Shown here: positions 28,947 to 39,043 of the stretch, in pieces
Position numbering within the stretch: position 1 is the stretch's first letter
How the letters are laid out: each line of letters begins with the position of its first letter
Program-made: the position numbers and the translations under genes
Notes under the pieces: generated by a model
Databases searched by the model: none
What the model saw: the letters and a program-made list of their open reading frames with translations, nothing else
What the model was told of the DNA's origin: nothing
From: an uncultured bacterium
GTDB lineage: Bacteria; Muiribacteriota; UBA9980
Assembly: GCA_964551445.1 (NCBI GenBank)
Contig: CAZKCG010000013.1
Coordinates: 23,358 to 87,357 of the forward strand
Direction of reading: 5' to 3'
Length of the DNA stretch: 64,000 bases

Positions 28947-31900
28947 CGGAAGAATTTCAGTATCTTTTCTATGAATTCGTCCGAATCGATAGGTTTGGAA
29001 ATGTAATCGTCCATTCCTGAATCAATGCATTTCTGGCGGTCGCCGGGCATGGCGTAAGCGGTCATGGCGATAACGGGCGTTCTTTTTTTTGAGTCAGCCG
29101 TTTCTAATTTCCGCATCTCTGCCGTCGCTTCAAAGCCGTCCATTTCAGGCATTTGGCCGTCCATTAATATTATGTCGAAATGTTCATTTTGAAAATGCTG
29201 AAGAGCTTCGAGCCCGTTCTGGGCTATTGTGATATCCCATTCGTGTTCTCCGGCGATGGTTTTGATGAGCAGCTGACTTATCCTGTCGTCTTCGGCCAGA
29301 AGGATCTTGATTTTCCCGATCTTTTCGATATCGATTATTTTTTTTGCTGAAAGGGCATCGTATGAAACATCTTCCGCTATTTCGAAAGGGATCTCGACCG
29401 TGAAACGGCTTCCACCGCCGATCGCGCTTTCAACCGATACTTTTCCTTCCATCATATCCACGAGCCCTTTTACGATGGCCAGTCCAAGTCCCGCTCCGGA
29501 GTGTCTTTTGGTTGATGAATCGTCTATCTGGTGAAACCGTTCGAATATTTCAGGTATCTTTTTTTCGTCTATTCCGATGCCGGTGTCGGTAAAACTTAGT
29601 TTTAAAATGGAAATATTCCCGATGCGTTCGCGTTCGGTGACGCGCACTGAAACGCTTCCGGTATTGGTGAATTTTATTGCGTTGGTCAAAAGGTTGGTTA
29701 TTATCTGTTTAAGCCGGAGGCCGTCGCCTAAAATATCGAAATCGATCGAAGAGCTGTCGCAATTGACCGCAAGCCCTTTTTTTACGGCCAGGTCGGAGAG
29801 CATATCCACGGTCTTTCTTGCCAGTTCGGCGACGTTGACCGGCTCTTTTTCAAGCCTTAATTTGCCCGCCTCTATCTTCGAAAAATCGAGGATATCGTTT
29901 ATAAGATCCAATAGGTGCGATGATGAAAGCTGTATGATATCGAGAAATTCCTTTTGCGTATCGCCGAGTTTCGTAGACGAGAGAAGGGTGGCGAATCCCA
30001 TGATGCCGTTCATCGGCGTGCGCAGCTCATGGCTCATATTGGCGAGGAAATGACTCTTGGCGGTGTTGGCGGCTTCGGCCATGTCCCGGGCCGATAAAAG
30101 CTCGCTCTCGGATATCTTTCGTTCCATTTCGAGCGCTATATGTCCGGCTATTATCTGAAGCAGATGGAAGACGAATTCCATTCCCTGCCGTCCGGCTGTG
30201 TCGGCTAACGCTAAAGTTCCGAAAACCCTTTCATTCGTTTTGATAGGGACGCAGATGAAGGTCCTGATGGATAATTCCCTGAGAATTTTAAATTTATATT
30301 CGGGCCTGTGGGGCGCGTTAAGCTCCAATAAAGGCTCTCCGGTTTCGGCAACCATGCCGGACAGCGTTTCAGAGGCGGGGACGCGGGTGCCGGCAAGCCC
30401 GGGATCGAGGCCGTGTATCCCTTTAAAGACCATTTCGGCTTTTTTCCGGTCGTAAAGTTCTATTGTGACGACCGGGAAATTAAGGCTTTGAGCAAGTATC
30501 GCGGGAAGTTCCCGGTAGATCTCGTCCAGGCTCCCGGAATAGAGGAACATGCGGGATATTATATTTATGGTCTCTCTTTCAAGTTCGGATTGTTTTTTCA
30601 GGGTTATGTCGCGCATAAAGCCGAAGCCGTAGGACATTTTTCCGTTCCGGTCAAGGACGCCGCCGTCGCTTTCCAATAACAGAAAGCGCCTTCCGGCTTT
30701 ATCAAACACCTCGATTTCGCCTTCCCACGATTCTCCGCCCGCGAGCATCGGGGCCCTTGCGTTTAACTTTTCTATCGATTCCGGCGGATAATAGTCGAGG
30801 TAATTCATTTTTTGGGCTTCTTCAAGGTTCCGGCCAAAAAGTTTTTCGTGCGCGGGATTTATATATATCAATTTACCGGCCGCGTCGCTTATGGCTATGG
30901 CTTCGTGAGAAGATTCGATGATGGTTTTGAAAAGTTTGAGGTTTTCTTCGTACAATTTTTTTTCGCTTACATTTTCGAAAAGCACGGCCACCGAATCATC
31001 GGGAAGCGGAAAGGCCTTGACCGAGAAACACGACAGCAATATCCTGTCATCGCCATAGTAAAAATCATCGAATTCGACAGGCTTATTATTGCGGACGACG
31101 TCGGCATATTTTTCATGTATTCCGCGTTCTTTCAGTCCCGGAAATATCTCGCCGATTTTTTTGCCGATCATATCTTCTTTTTTCAGGCCGAGTCCCGTTG
31201 AAGAATAAGGATTTACGGCTATCATGCGAAGCGAGTCAGCGTCGTTGATATCGTCGAGACGGTAAAGAAAGAGCCCGACCTGCATGTTTTCGACTATATC
31301 ATAGTAAATTTTGATCTGTTTCTCGAAATTTGTCCGTGCGGTTATGTCCATGGCCATTCCACCGAGAAGCGGTTTTTTGTTCCCGCGGTCCAACCTGAAC
31401 TTATGAGTTTCAAAGATCCTTGTTTTACCGTCCCTGCCGATAACGGTTTCTATTGCCATGGCCCGTCCTTCCCTGAGAGCCTTTTTGTCGTTCTCGATCA
31501 TATTTTCCGCCACTTCCGGCGGTAAAAAGTCGATTGTTCTCTTTCCTGTCGGATCGCCGCCGAAGAGCTCGCGGAAGCAATTGTTCGTAAACAATACGCG
31601 GTCATCTTCGTCTTTTATGAAAGCCACGCTGGGGTTTTGTTCCATGAACGAAAAAAAGCGTTCCTGCGCTTCGCGAAGATCATCCCCAAGTCTTTTCAAT
31701 TCCGTTATATTGCTGAAAGTGATGACGAATCCGGCGATCTTTTTATCCAGCGTATAATAAGGCATTATCCGCATCAAATATGATGAACCGTCGTTTGTCA
31801 TGATCTCTTTTTCTCTGGATAAAAGGCTTTTCGAGACTTCCGTGAGTTCCTTCATGATATCGTATTTATCGCTTATGTTATTAACGGTATGCGCAAGTGG

Positions 31901-34207
31901 CCTTCCGATATCGCCCGGAATTAGATTTATTATTTCGGTCATTATGGGAGTGAACCGTCTTATGTTAAGATTCATGTCGGTAAAGAGTACGCCGATCCTG
32001 GTGTTGTTGAAAAGGTTCGTGAGATCGTCGCCGGCTTTTATGAGGTCAACATTTTTATTATGTAATTCGTTATTTACGCTGAGAAGTTCCTGGTTCATCG
32101 ATTGAAGCTCTTCCTTTGAAGTTTCGAGTTCCTCATTGGAGCTTTGCAGTTCTTCGTTGGATGAAAGGAGTTCCTCGTTGGCAAGTTTCAGTTCCTCATT
32201 GGACGCGTCGAGTTCCTCGGTTATTTCCTGGAGACATTCCTTCGTTGAATGAAGCTCGTCTTCGAGTTTGGATATATATATTTCTTTTTCTTCCTCGAAT
32301 TCGACAGCCGATTTCGGTGAAAGATCAGATGTTGCGCTGCCCGACTTTTCAAAAATTATCATCATTGGCTGAGGTTCCGTTTCCAGCGCGAGAGGGATTA
32401 TGGTTATGTCGGTTTTTTCGAAATGAGAGTTCGCTTTTATTTCGACGCCCTCTAAAACAACCTTCTTTTTTTTAGCCGCCGCTTCTTTTAAAGCGATAGT
32501 CAGGGGCAGTTTCAGGCCTTCACGGGCCATCTGGAAAATGTTAAGGCTTGCGTCGCCCACCGGCGGCTCGAGATATTTTCCGGTTTTGCCGTGAGTGTAG
32601 ACTATTTCAAATTTTTCATTAACGACTGCGGCTGAAGGCGAGAACTCTTTAAGAAGCGTTTTTTCGGTTATCTCCTTTAAGCTCATTTCTTTTTTTATTG
32701 TTTCGATGGCATTTTTATCCTGATTGTTTTTCTTTTTAAATTTTTCGAAATTCATTTCTGATATGAATTTGGCTATTTTTTTGTCAGATCCGCACTGGAA
32801 TATTTTCCATTTTTTATCTATTTCCGTGAAAAAACTTGAAAAACCCCAGAGATTTTCGACGTTTCCAAGAAACAGGAACCCTTTCGGATTAAGCGAGTAA
32901 TAAAAAGTCGATATGACCTTTTTTTGCGCTTCGTGCCCGAGATAGATCATAACGTTCCGGCAGCTTATGAGATCCATTTTTGAGAACGGCGGGTCCTTGA
33001 TGAGGTTTTGTTCCGAAAAAATGATCATTTCTCTTATTTCTTTGGATATTTTATATGATTCTCCGCTTCTTTCAAAAAAGCGTTCCAGCCTTTCAGCGGG
33101 AATGATTTTGACTATTTTTTCAGAATAGACGCCTTTTCTGGCGATGTCGAGCGCTCTGTAATTTATGTCGGTCGCAAATATTTTAAAATCTATATTTTCG
33201 CCGGCCAGTTCCTGATTCTCTTTTAAAAGCATCGCTATAGAATATGCTTCTTCGCCGGTCGAACATGCCGGGATCCACACGCGCACAGGCGTATCGGGAT
33301 TTTTGGCTTTCAAAAGCGCCGGGATGACTTTTTTTTCCAGTATTTCAAAAGCTTCTATGTCCCTGAAAAAACTCGTTACGCCTATGAGCATTTCTTTGAA
33401 AAGCGTTTCAACCATAAAATTGTTGATCTCGAGTTTTTTTATGTATTCTTCTATTCCGTCAAGCCCGTTAATAGCCATCTGCCGTTTTATTCTGCGCGTT
33501 ATAGTAGCGTCTTTATATTGTGTAAAATCGTGTCCGAACCGGTTTTTTAATATTTGAAAGATCTTCGGCAGAAATATTTCCAAAAGGTCGTTCTCGTCTT
33601 TTTGCAGCGCGAGGTTCTGACGGTATTCGATAAGTTTTCCAGCCATCTGGCCGGGCTGGAGAACATAGTCGATAAGGCCTGTTTCAATAGCATTTTGAGG
33701 CATGCCCTCGAATTTAGCCGTTAGCGGGTCCTGGGCTATTACCATTCCGTATTTTTCTTTTATGGATTCTATTCCAAGCGACCCGTCAGAGCCGGTTCCT
33801 GATAAAATTATTCCGGCCGCTCTGCATTCGAAGTTATCAGCGAGGGAACTGAAAAAAAAATCGACGGGCAAAGATTGCGTCATTTCACGCATCTGATCGT
33901 AAGGGATAAGTTTAAATTTAGCATTTTCAATGAAGGCGAAGTTTTTTGGCGGGATCACATAGACGCAGCCCGGCTCGAGACCAAGCCCCGGTTCGATGGT
34001 TAAAACCCTCATATTCGTGTGTTTCTGGATGATATCGCCGAGCACGCTTTTGTGGTCGGGGCTCAGGTGCTGTATAATGACGAAAGCCATTCCGATATCG
34101 GAAGGAGTATGGTTGAAGAATTGTTCGAGCGCGTCGAGGCTTCCCGCGGAGGCCCCGATGCCGACGATCATGAAAGTGCCGCTGTCCTGATTTTTTAAAA
34201 GGCTCAT
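28943..34207 (-). CDS. CheB methylesterase - CheR methyltransferase - coiled coil - multiple PAS - GAF - HisKA/HATPase_c - receiver fusion protein (1754 aa)
   Basis: N-terminal IVGIGASAGSLDALEQFF...VIIQHLSPDH...SGTGSDGS (CheB-like Ser/His/Asp). VWIPACSTGEEAYSIAMLL (CheR SAM-binding site). SNEELQSSNEELETSKEELQSMNQEL heptad region. Several PAS blocks, then a GAF domain. H-box HFLANMSHELRTPMNGI, N/G boxes NLLTNAIKF and DTGIGI...GAGLGLAIV. C-terminal REC domain ILLAEDD...IILMDGQMPEMDG. Confidence 0.9.
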   Translation of the reverse strand: MSLLKNQDSGTFMIVGIGASAGSLDALEQFFNHTPSDIGMAFVIIQHLSPDHKSVLGDIIQKHTNMRVLTIEPGLGLEPGCVYVIPPKNFAFIENAKFKLIPYDQMREMTQSLPVDFFFSSLADNFECRAAGIILSGTGSDGSLGIESIKEKYGMVIAQDPLTAKFEGMPQNAIETGLIDYVLQPGQMAGKLIEYRQNLALQKDENDLLEIFLPKIFQILKNRFGHDFTQYKDATITRRIKRQMAINGLDGIEEYIKKLEINNFMVETLFKEMLIGVTSFFRDIEAFEILEKKVIPALLKAKNPDTPVRVWIPACSTGEEAYSIAMLLKENQELAGENIDFKIFATDINYRALDIARKGVYSEKIVKIIPAERLERFFERSGESYKISKEIREMIIFSEQNLIKDPPFSKMDLISCRNVMIYLGHEAQKKVISTFYYSLNPKGFLFLGNVENLWGFSSFFTEIDKKWKIFQCGSDKKIAKFISEMNFEKFKKKNNQDKNAIETIKKEMSLKEITEKTLLKEFSPSAAVVNEKFEIVYTHGKTGKYLEPPVGDASLNIFQMAREGLKLPLTIALKEAAAKKKKVVLEGVEIKANSHFEKTDITIIPLALETEPQPMMIIFEKSGSATSDLSPKSAVEFEEEKEIYISKLEDELHSTKECLQEITEELDASNEELKLANEELLSSNEELQSSNEELETSKEELQSMNQELLSVNNELHNKNVDLIKAGDDLTNLFNNTRIGVLFTDMNLNIRRFTPIMTEIINLIPGDIGRPLAHTVNNISDKYDIMKELTEVSKSLLSREKEIMTNDGSSYLMRIMPYYTLDKKIAGFVITFSNITELKRLGDDLREAQERFFSFMEQNPSVAFIKDEDDRVLFTNNCFRELFGGDPTGKRTIDFLPPEVAENMIENDKKALREGRAMAIETVIGRDGKTRIFETHKFRLDRGNKKPLLGGMAMDITARTNFEKQIKIYYDIVENMQVGLFLYRLDDINDADSLRMIAVNPYSSTGLGLKKEDMIGKKIGEIFPGLKERGIHEKYADVVRNNKPVEFDDFYYGDDRILLSCFSVKAFPLPDDSVAVLFENVSEKKLYEENLKLFKTIIESSHEAIAISDAAGKLIYINPAHEKLFGRNLEEAQKMNYLDYYPPESIEKLNARAPMLAGGESWEGEIEVFDKAGRRFLLLESDGGVLDRNGKMSYGFGFMRDITLKKQSELERETINIISRMFLYSGSLDEIYRELPAILAQSLNFPVVTIELYDRKKAEMVFKGIHGLDPGLAGTRVPASETLSGMVAETGEPLLELNAPHRPEYKFKILRELSIRTFICVPIKTNERVFGTLALADTAGRQGMEFVFHLLQIIAGHIALEMERKISESELLSARDMAEAANTAKSHFLANMSHELRTPMNGIMGFATLLSSTKLGDTQKEFLDIIQLSSSHLLDLINDILDFSKIEAGKLRLEKEPVNVAELARKTVDMLSDLAVKKGLAVNCDSSSIDFDILGDGLRLKQIITNLLTNAIKFTNTGSVSVRVTERERIGNISILKLSFTDTGIGIDEKKIPEIFERFHQIDDSSTKRHSGAGLGLAIVKGLVDMMEGKVSVESAIGGGSRFTVEIPFEIAEDVSYDALSAKKIIDIEKIGKIKILLAEDDRISQLLIKTIAGEHEWDITIAQNGLEALQHFQNEHFDIILMDGQMPEMDGFEATAEMRKLETADSKKRTPVIAMTAYAMPGDRQKCIDSGMDDYISKPIDSDEFIEKILKFFR

Positions 34208-34265
34208 TTTTACGCACGGACCTTTTGAATAAATTCAAAAAACATTATTAAATAAATTACGAAAC

Positions 34266-34295
34266 ATTTTAACATTAAAACCAGTTTTTTTTCAA
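34266..34295 (-). promoter_or_regulatory. sigma-70-like promoter TTGAAA-18 nt-(TGt)TAAAAT for the hybrid kinase gene
   Basis: On the minus strand: TTGAAA at 34295-34290 and TAAAAT at 34271-34266, preceded by TGt. Confidence 0.35.
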
Positions 34296-34314
34296 GTAAT
34301 AATTTGAGTAAAAA

Positions 34315-34357
34315 GGCAAAATAAAACCGCCGGTTTTTAAATGTCAACCGGCGGTCC
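34315..34357 (-). terminator. rho-independent terminator ending the pseudopilin-like operon
   Basis: Perfect 10-bp stem accgccggtt (34326-34335) / aaccggcggt (34346-34355) with a 10-nt loop. On the minus strand it is followed by ttttatttt. Confidence 0.75.
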
Positions 34358-34396
34358 TATATATAAAGATACTTTTTTAATTATTGTTTCGACGGG

Positions 34397-36244
34397 TCAT
34401 TTAAATAATTCTTTAGCGTCATTCGCGCTCTGATCGCCTGAGGACGTTTCGTAGGGTATTTTGAAATTATCGCAAACGTTCTGGAGGCGGTCCTTCGCGC
34501 CGGCGACCTGAACGAATTCTTTTTTCGCGGAATCCCATTTTGCGCCGGTAAGATAACTTCTTGCCATGACGTTGATAAGGTTATTGATGGTATCCGGCAC
34601 TTCTTTAGCCATCGCGTCTTTAGCCTCATCGCGGCTGCCGAATTTGGTAGGGGTGCCGTTGACTATCTTCGCGACAGCGTCGCTTGCGATGCCGGCGATC
34701 GCGCTAGTAAGACCGCTTTCGAGCATTGAAAGGGCGCCCTGAACGACCACCCGGCCGGCGTCGTCAAGGTTCGATTCGCGCAATACGTTTTCCACTCCGC
34801 AATTTTCCTTGACGATTTTCAAAACTTCCTGCGCTTTTTCTTCAGTCACTTTTTTTACTATCTCGGCGCTGCAGTAACCAAGGGCATCGGCTTTCAACGC
34901 GCCTCTCATAACGTCGCAAAGGTTTGCGTTATATGCGTTAACTATATCGCCGAATTTTTTCGTGTCGCCCGCGGCGCTATAGATATTATTTCTTACGTTG
35001 TCGATTATGGCGAGGTACCTGCCCTGATCGGTAGCGGTCGCGACGTTGTTTTTAAAATCTTCGAAGTAATTAACGTCTATTCCGAATCTTCTAAAGTCGC
35101 CGGAATGTTTTTGAATGAGAGCTTCAATCTCTGCGTTGGTAAGAGCTCTGTTAAGTATCTTGTTTTTTATGACCTCGGCCTGATTTCCCGCGGCGTCAAC
35201 ATAATCGCCGACCAGGGCCGCGGCTATTCCGACGCTTGTTTTTTTCGCGTTATCCGCGGCGTCATACATTATTTTCGCGAAATTGTTCTTTGTCTGGTTT
35301 ATCATGTTCTGTATCTGAGAGTCGTTTACGTACTTGGAATATAGCTCGTCGGCGTGTACCATTAACTTGTCGACGAGCGCCAGCATAAGTTTATCCATAA
35401 GCATTTTTTTCGCGTCCGTGAGAAGGTCCGGAATGAGGGTCTTGAAATTGGTAACCCATTTAAAAGCGTCCACGGCTGAAGCGAAATCGAGTTTTTGCGG
35501 GGGCGAGAGCGTCACGCCGACGATCTCTTTTGTGAAAACGGGGTTTACGTTCCAGTTCGGCTGGTTTTTATAAGCCACTTCATCTTTTATATAAATTATG
35601 TCCTGGTTTTTAGATTTTTGCGCGTCAGCGACGAGCACGTTGGCCATTTTCGATTCTACCTCTATTCCGACGGCCATTGTGTGGCTGGTGCTTTCCATGC
35701 CGGGGATGGGTATCCTTTTTAATTTTATGGCTTCAACGTTTTTTACGGGATTGTTTTTGGATTTTATATCGCCGACCGTGTACATTTCAAATATTTTATC
35801 GTCTTTTTTAAATGTTTTCGCGAAATCGACCTTATAGACCGATCTTACGAATTCGCGGGTGGCCGGATTATAAACGCTCTCAATTTTTTCCATCGATATT
35901 TTATCCGACGCTTTTATGTCGGGGTTTTCAATGAAGCGGAATATCGAGATGGATTGCCCGCTGGAGCTGATCTTGACGCATGGTGTAAGAAGCGGCCCCG
36001 CCGGAGTGGAAATAAAGATCTCGCCGCGTCTGGCTGATTTTATATCGCCGCTTAAATACTGGATCACCATGGTAGTGTTTTCCGCCGTCTGGCTGTGCTG
36101 GACCATGGTCGTGACCTGCTGGTTCTGAGACGAGGTGAATTTCACGTAACTCGCTATTACCATCGAAAATGCCGTCAGAGCCATAAGCGTTTCCAGTATC
36201 GTGAAACCCGTTTTTGTCTTGAAAAATGAAGATAATTTTATCAT
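34397..36244 (-). CDS. large pseudopilin-like protein (615 aa) with a canonical prepilin N-terminal cleavage/methylation signal
   Basis: MIKLSSFFKTKTG|FTILETLMALTAFSMVIASYV: a short basic leader, Gly-1, Phe+1, Glu+5 and a hydrophobic helix. The remainder has no recognisable family, and the C-terminal half looks alpha-helical and rich in A/K/N/D. Confidence 0.7.
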   Translation of the reverse strand: MIKLSSFFKTKTGFTILETLMALTAFSMVIASYVKFTSSQNQQVTTMVQHSQTAENTTMVIQYLSGDIKSARRGEIFISTPAGPLLTPCVKISSSGQSISIFRFIENPDIKASDKISMEKIESVYNPATREFVRSVYKVDFAKTFKKDDKIFEMYTVGDIKSKNNPVKNVEAIKLKRIPIPGMESTSHTMAVGIEVESKMANVLVADAQKSKNQDIIYIKDEVAYKNQPNWNVNPVFTKEIVGVTLSPPQKLDFASAVDAFKWVTNFKTLIPDLLTDAKKMLMDKLMLALVDKLMVHADELYSKYVNDSQIQNMINQTKNNFAKIMYDAADNAKKTSVGIAAALVGDYVDAAGNQAEVIKNKILNRALTNAEIEALIQKHSGDFRRFGIDVNYFEDFKNNVATATDQGRYLAIIDNVRNNIYSAAGDTKKFGDIVNAYNANLCDVMRGALKADALGYCSAEIVKKVTEEKAQEVLKIVKENCGVENVLRESNLDDAGRVVVQGALSMLESGLTSAIAGIASDAVAKIVNGTPTKFGSRDEAKDAMAKEVPDTINNLINVMARSYLTGAKWDSAKKEFVQVAGAKDRLQNVCDNFKIPYETSSGDQSANDAKELFK

Positions 36245-36269
36245 AAAGACCCCTCCAGTAGAAAATTAT

Positions 36270-36749
36270 TTATAATACATAATCCCTTGTAACAAGAGCT
36301 TTAAGTGTGACGTAACGCTGATCGCCGCCTGAGAACGTGCCGTCGTACCACCATACGAAAACCGTTACCATTACCATATCAGGGTCATTATTCATGTATG
36401 CGATGGTGGTCTGGCGCTTGAATTTTTTATAGATGTCGCTGCTGTATGCGGTACCGGCGGTATTAGTTTGTGCCGTGACCTGTATCTCCGGCTCAGGCTT
36501 ATTGAGGCCGTTCTTCAAAAGCGTTTTCAGCTCGAGGTAGGAAACGGATTTGTATTCCTCGACCTTTTCCTGGGCCAGTCTCAGGGCGATCTGAACGTCG
36601 TCGGTGTGTATGGTGTATTTTTTAATGGATGTAAAAAGGTTGATGGAAGGCATTATTGCCAGAGCTATTATGCCGATGGCTATCAGAACTTCCAGAAACG
36701 ACACCGCGCGCCTGTTAAGTTTTAATAATTTCCTTGTTGTGATAAGCAT
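36270..36749 (-). CDS. small pseudopilin-like protein (159 aa, GspI/PilV-like size)
   Basis: KLNRRA|VSFLEVLIAIGIIALAIMP: Glu at +5 and a hydrophobic helix, but Ala rather than Gly at -1. Confidence 0.6.
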   Translation of the reverse strand: MLITTRKLLKLNRRAVSFLEVLIAIGIIALAIMPSINLFTSIKKYTIHTDDVQIALRLAQEKVEEYKSVSYLELKTLLKNGLNKPEPEIQVTAQTNTAGTAYSSDIYKKFKRQTTIAYMNNDPDMVMVTVFVWWYDGTFSGGDQRYVTLKALVTRDYVL

Positions 36750-36767
36750 AGCGCGTTCTCTCCTTTA

Positions 36768-38996
36768 CTATTTCACCTTTGAAATTTTATATGTGCTGAA
36801 CTGTGATGAAAGGATAGCACGGTATCTGTCTGGCATATACCTTCCGACGTACGGTATCAACGACAGGAATGAACATGTGGTAACTTCCGGTGTGTACCAG
36901 ATGGTAAGATCTCTCATTATTTCCGAAGGGCTGAATTCTTCGCAGACGAAATTTCCTATTATATTTGTGTCTCCGCCTGAAGCCACGCCAGTTTTCGCGT
37001 AAACCGGCGATAAAATGCGGCAGTTGGCCTGCGTCCTTAATTTTCCCATGCATATTATCGAGAAAGGAACGCTTCTGTCGCCGTCTTTGGGTTTATGGAT
37101 TATATCTCCGGTAACGGTAAGATCGCCGTTGACGACTATCTGGCCCGCGCCGTAAAAAGTCCCGGAGATGGATGCGCCGCCTTCGATGTAGTAAACGCCG
37201 TCTATCTGAATGACCCCGGCGCTGTCGCGTATCGTTGAGTCGTTATTGAAGTCGGTTCCGCTTTCAAAAACGAGAGTGGCTTTTTTCTTGTATTGGTCGG
37301 GCATATAAATATTTTCGATTATTCCCTTGGTTTCGGCCTGCGCCTCTTTTTCAAAGAAAGAATAAGAATACCCGGCTTCCTTGGTTTTGTAGTAATAAAC
37401 GCCCGCGCCGACGGGCACGAAAACGATGTAGAAAGTGAACCCGACGCCGTATACGTGGGTAAAACTCTTTGTAACGTTTCCGCTGACCTTCATGTTAAGC
37501 GGTGGTGAAAGACACCAGTCGCCGAACAACTGGGTTTTACCTTTGCCCGATGAAAGGCCGGCGACAACCTTGACTATGCCGACGACGCCTAAGGGCGGGA
37601 CGGAAACAAACGGGAACCAGGGTATGCCGTCGCACGGTATGCCCATTAAATATGCCGAAGGCAGATAGCAGTCGCCCGCGCCGTAATTTCCGAACATCGT
37701 GATCGCCGGGGTATGACCGGGATAGAGAAGAAGAAGATCGTTAAGCCCGGTCGGTATCTGTTGTTTTCCGGCGCCGCCTATGAAACAGAGACCGGGAAAT
37801 CTGACTATGTTCATGCTGAAAAGACCTTTGAAAAATTCGAGAATATCGCCGATGTTGAAAGCGCCTTTATAGTCCGGGTCGAGGTTTAAGTTCATCAGTT
37901 TGAATTTGCCGCCGCCGGTATTGCACCACGCGTCGGGGCTATGGACGGTGTTATTTTTATTGAGCCAGTAAAAAGTATAGAGCGGGTTCGGCGCGGCCAG
38001 GTCGACGACCTTTACGTCGCGCGTCGCTTCTATCACGGTAACTATGGGTATGCTTGTTCCGCTCGGGACGAATTCAACTCTGCAGTTGTAATAAAGCGTG
38101 GCGAATTTTTCTATTATTATGTCGGCTTTTATCGGGATAAGCGATGGCAGTTTAAGCTGATCGACGATCTTTTCCAGCGCTTTCGAGAGCATCTGGCCGA
38201 CGTTTATCTCAATGGTTAAAAACTGGCTTAAACATTTTGCCAGTATATCGCCGATAGGTATCGGAATACCGAAAATACTTATTTTCAAGCCTTTTAAAAA
38301 GCCGCTCAGGTCGATCTTAAATTTTATATCGTTGAGCCCCAGAAAGTCAAAAAGCTGGTTTCCGAGACTTTTAAGCCAGTCTTTAAGGAATGTGTCGTCA
38401 ACGACGGCTCCGGGCCAGAGCACAGAGCCGCTGTCGGAGACGACCGGCTTCATGTCTTTTATCATCATCGTGCATTCGACCTTGGTCCTGCCGTCGTCGC
38501 CGCCGAGTTCCCTTATGAACTGGGTCACGCCGAGGGCCTGGGCGTTTAATTTCTGCTGGCTCCAGGTCGGTGACAGGCCGAGAGTGTCAGGCGACAGGCT
38601 TATATCGGCGTTGATGCCGGAGACGCCCGTCCCCGAACTGGTTCCGCCGGTAACTACGATCCCCGGAACGCGCATTTTAAGATACCATGAAGAAGATGGA
38701 TTTCCGAGCATGGAAATAACGTTTTTGACAAGTTCTACAGGATTCATGTTCCCGAGAGCGTTCATTTCGGAACGGACCTTATAAGTGGCGGCTTCTATGG
38801 CAGCCTCGCCGAGAAGCCTTGCTTTTTCAACGTTAACGATGTGAAATGTTTTTGCATCCTGGTTCTTCGAGAAATTCATCATGAAAAAAGCCATCATAGC
38901 CATGACGAAAACAAGCGCGAGCACAAGCGGGATAACGAATCCGCGCCGGTACTTTCTGAAAATATTTAAAAATTCTTTTGAGTAGTAATGTTTCAT
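36768..38996 (-). CDS. large membrane-anchored PilX/GspK-like protein (742 aa) with a putative beta-helix-like C-terminus
   Basis: The N-terminal KYRRG|FVIPLVLALVFVMAMMAFFMM is pilin-like but lacks Glu+5, as in GspK/PilX-type minor pilins. The C-terminal GVYYIEGGASISGTFYGAGQIVVNGDLTVTGDI resembles beta-helical repeats. Confidence 0.55.
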   Translation of the reverse strand: MKHYYSKEFLNIFRKYRRGFVIPLVLALVFVMAMMAFFMMNFSKNQDAKTFHIVNVEKARLLGEAAIEAATYKVRSEMNALGNMNPVELVKNVISMLGNPSSSWYLKMRVPGIVVTGGTSSGTGVSGINADISLSPDTLGLSPTWSQQKLNAQALGVTQFIRELGGDDGRTKVECTMMIKDMKPVVSDSGSVLWPGAVVDDTFLKDWLKSLGNQLFDFLGLNDIKFKIDLSGFLKGLKISIFGIPIPIGDILAKCLSQFLTIEINVGQMLSKALEKIVDQLKLPSLIPIKADIIIEKFATLYYNCRVEFVPSGTSIPIVTVIEATRDVKVVDLAAPNPLYTFYWLNKNNTVHSPDAWCNTGGGKFKLMNLNLDPDYKGAFNIGDILEFFKGLFSMNIVRFPGLCFIGGAGKQQIPTGLNDLLLLYPGHTPAITMFGNYGAGDCYLPSAYLMGIPCDGIPWFPFVSVPPLGVVGIVKVVAGLSSGKGKTQLFGDWCLSPPLNMKVSGNVTKSFTHVYGVGFTFYIVFVPVGAGVYYYKTKEAGYSYSFFEKEAQAETKGIIENIYMPDQYKKKATLVFESGTDFNNDSTIRDSAGVIQIDGVYYIEGGASISGTFYGAGQIVVNGDLTVTGDIIHKPKDGDRSVPFSIICMGKLRTQANCRILSPVYAKTGVASGGDTNIIGNFVCEEFSPSEIMRDLTIWYTPEVTTCSFLSLIPYVGRYMPDRYRAILSSQFSTYKISKVK

Positions 38997-39043
38997 AACA
39001 GATCACATCCAGATAGTATTGATAAATGTGGCATGACCTCAGC

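Noticed and set aside
32095-32290. Imperfect tandem DNA repeat of about 21 nt, which could look like a repeat array or CRISPR-like structure.
   Set aside because: It is in frame inside the CheB-CheR kinase gene and encodes the (S/T)NEEL heptad coiled coil. It has no spacer-repeat organisation and there are no cas genes.
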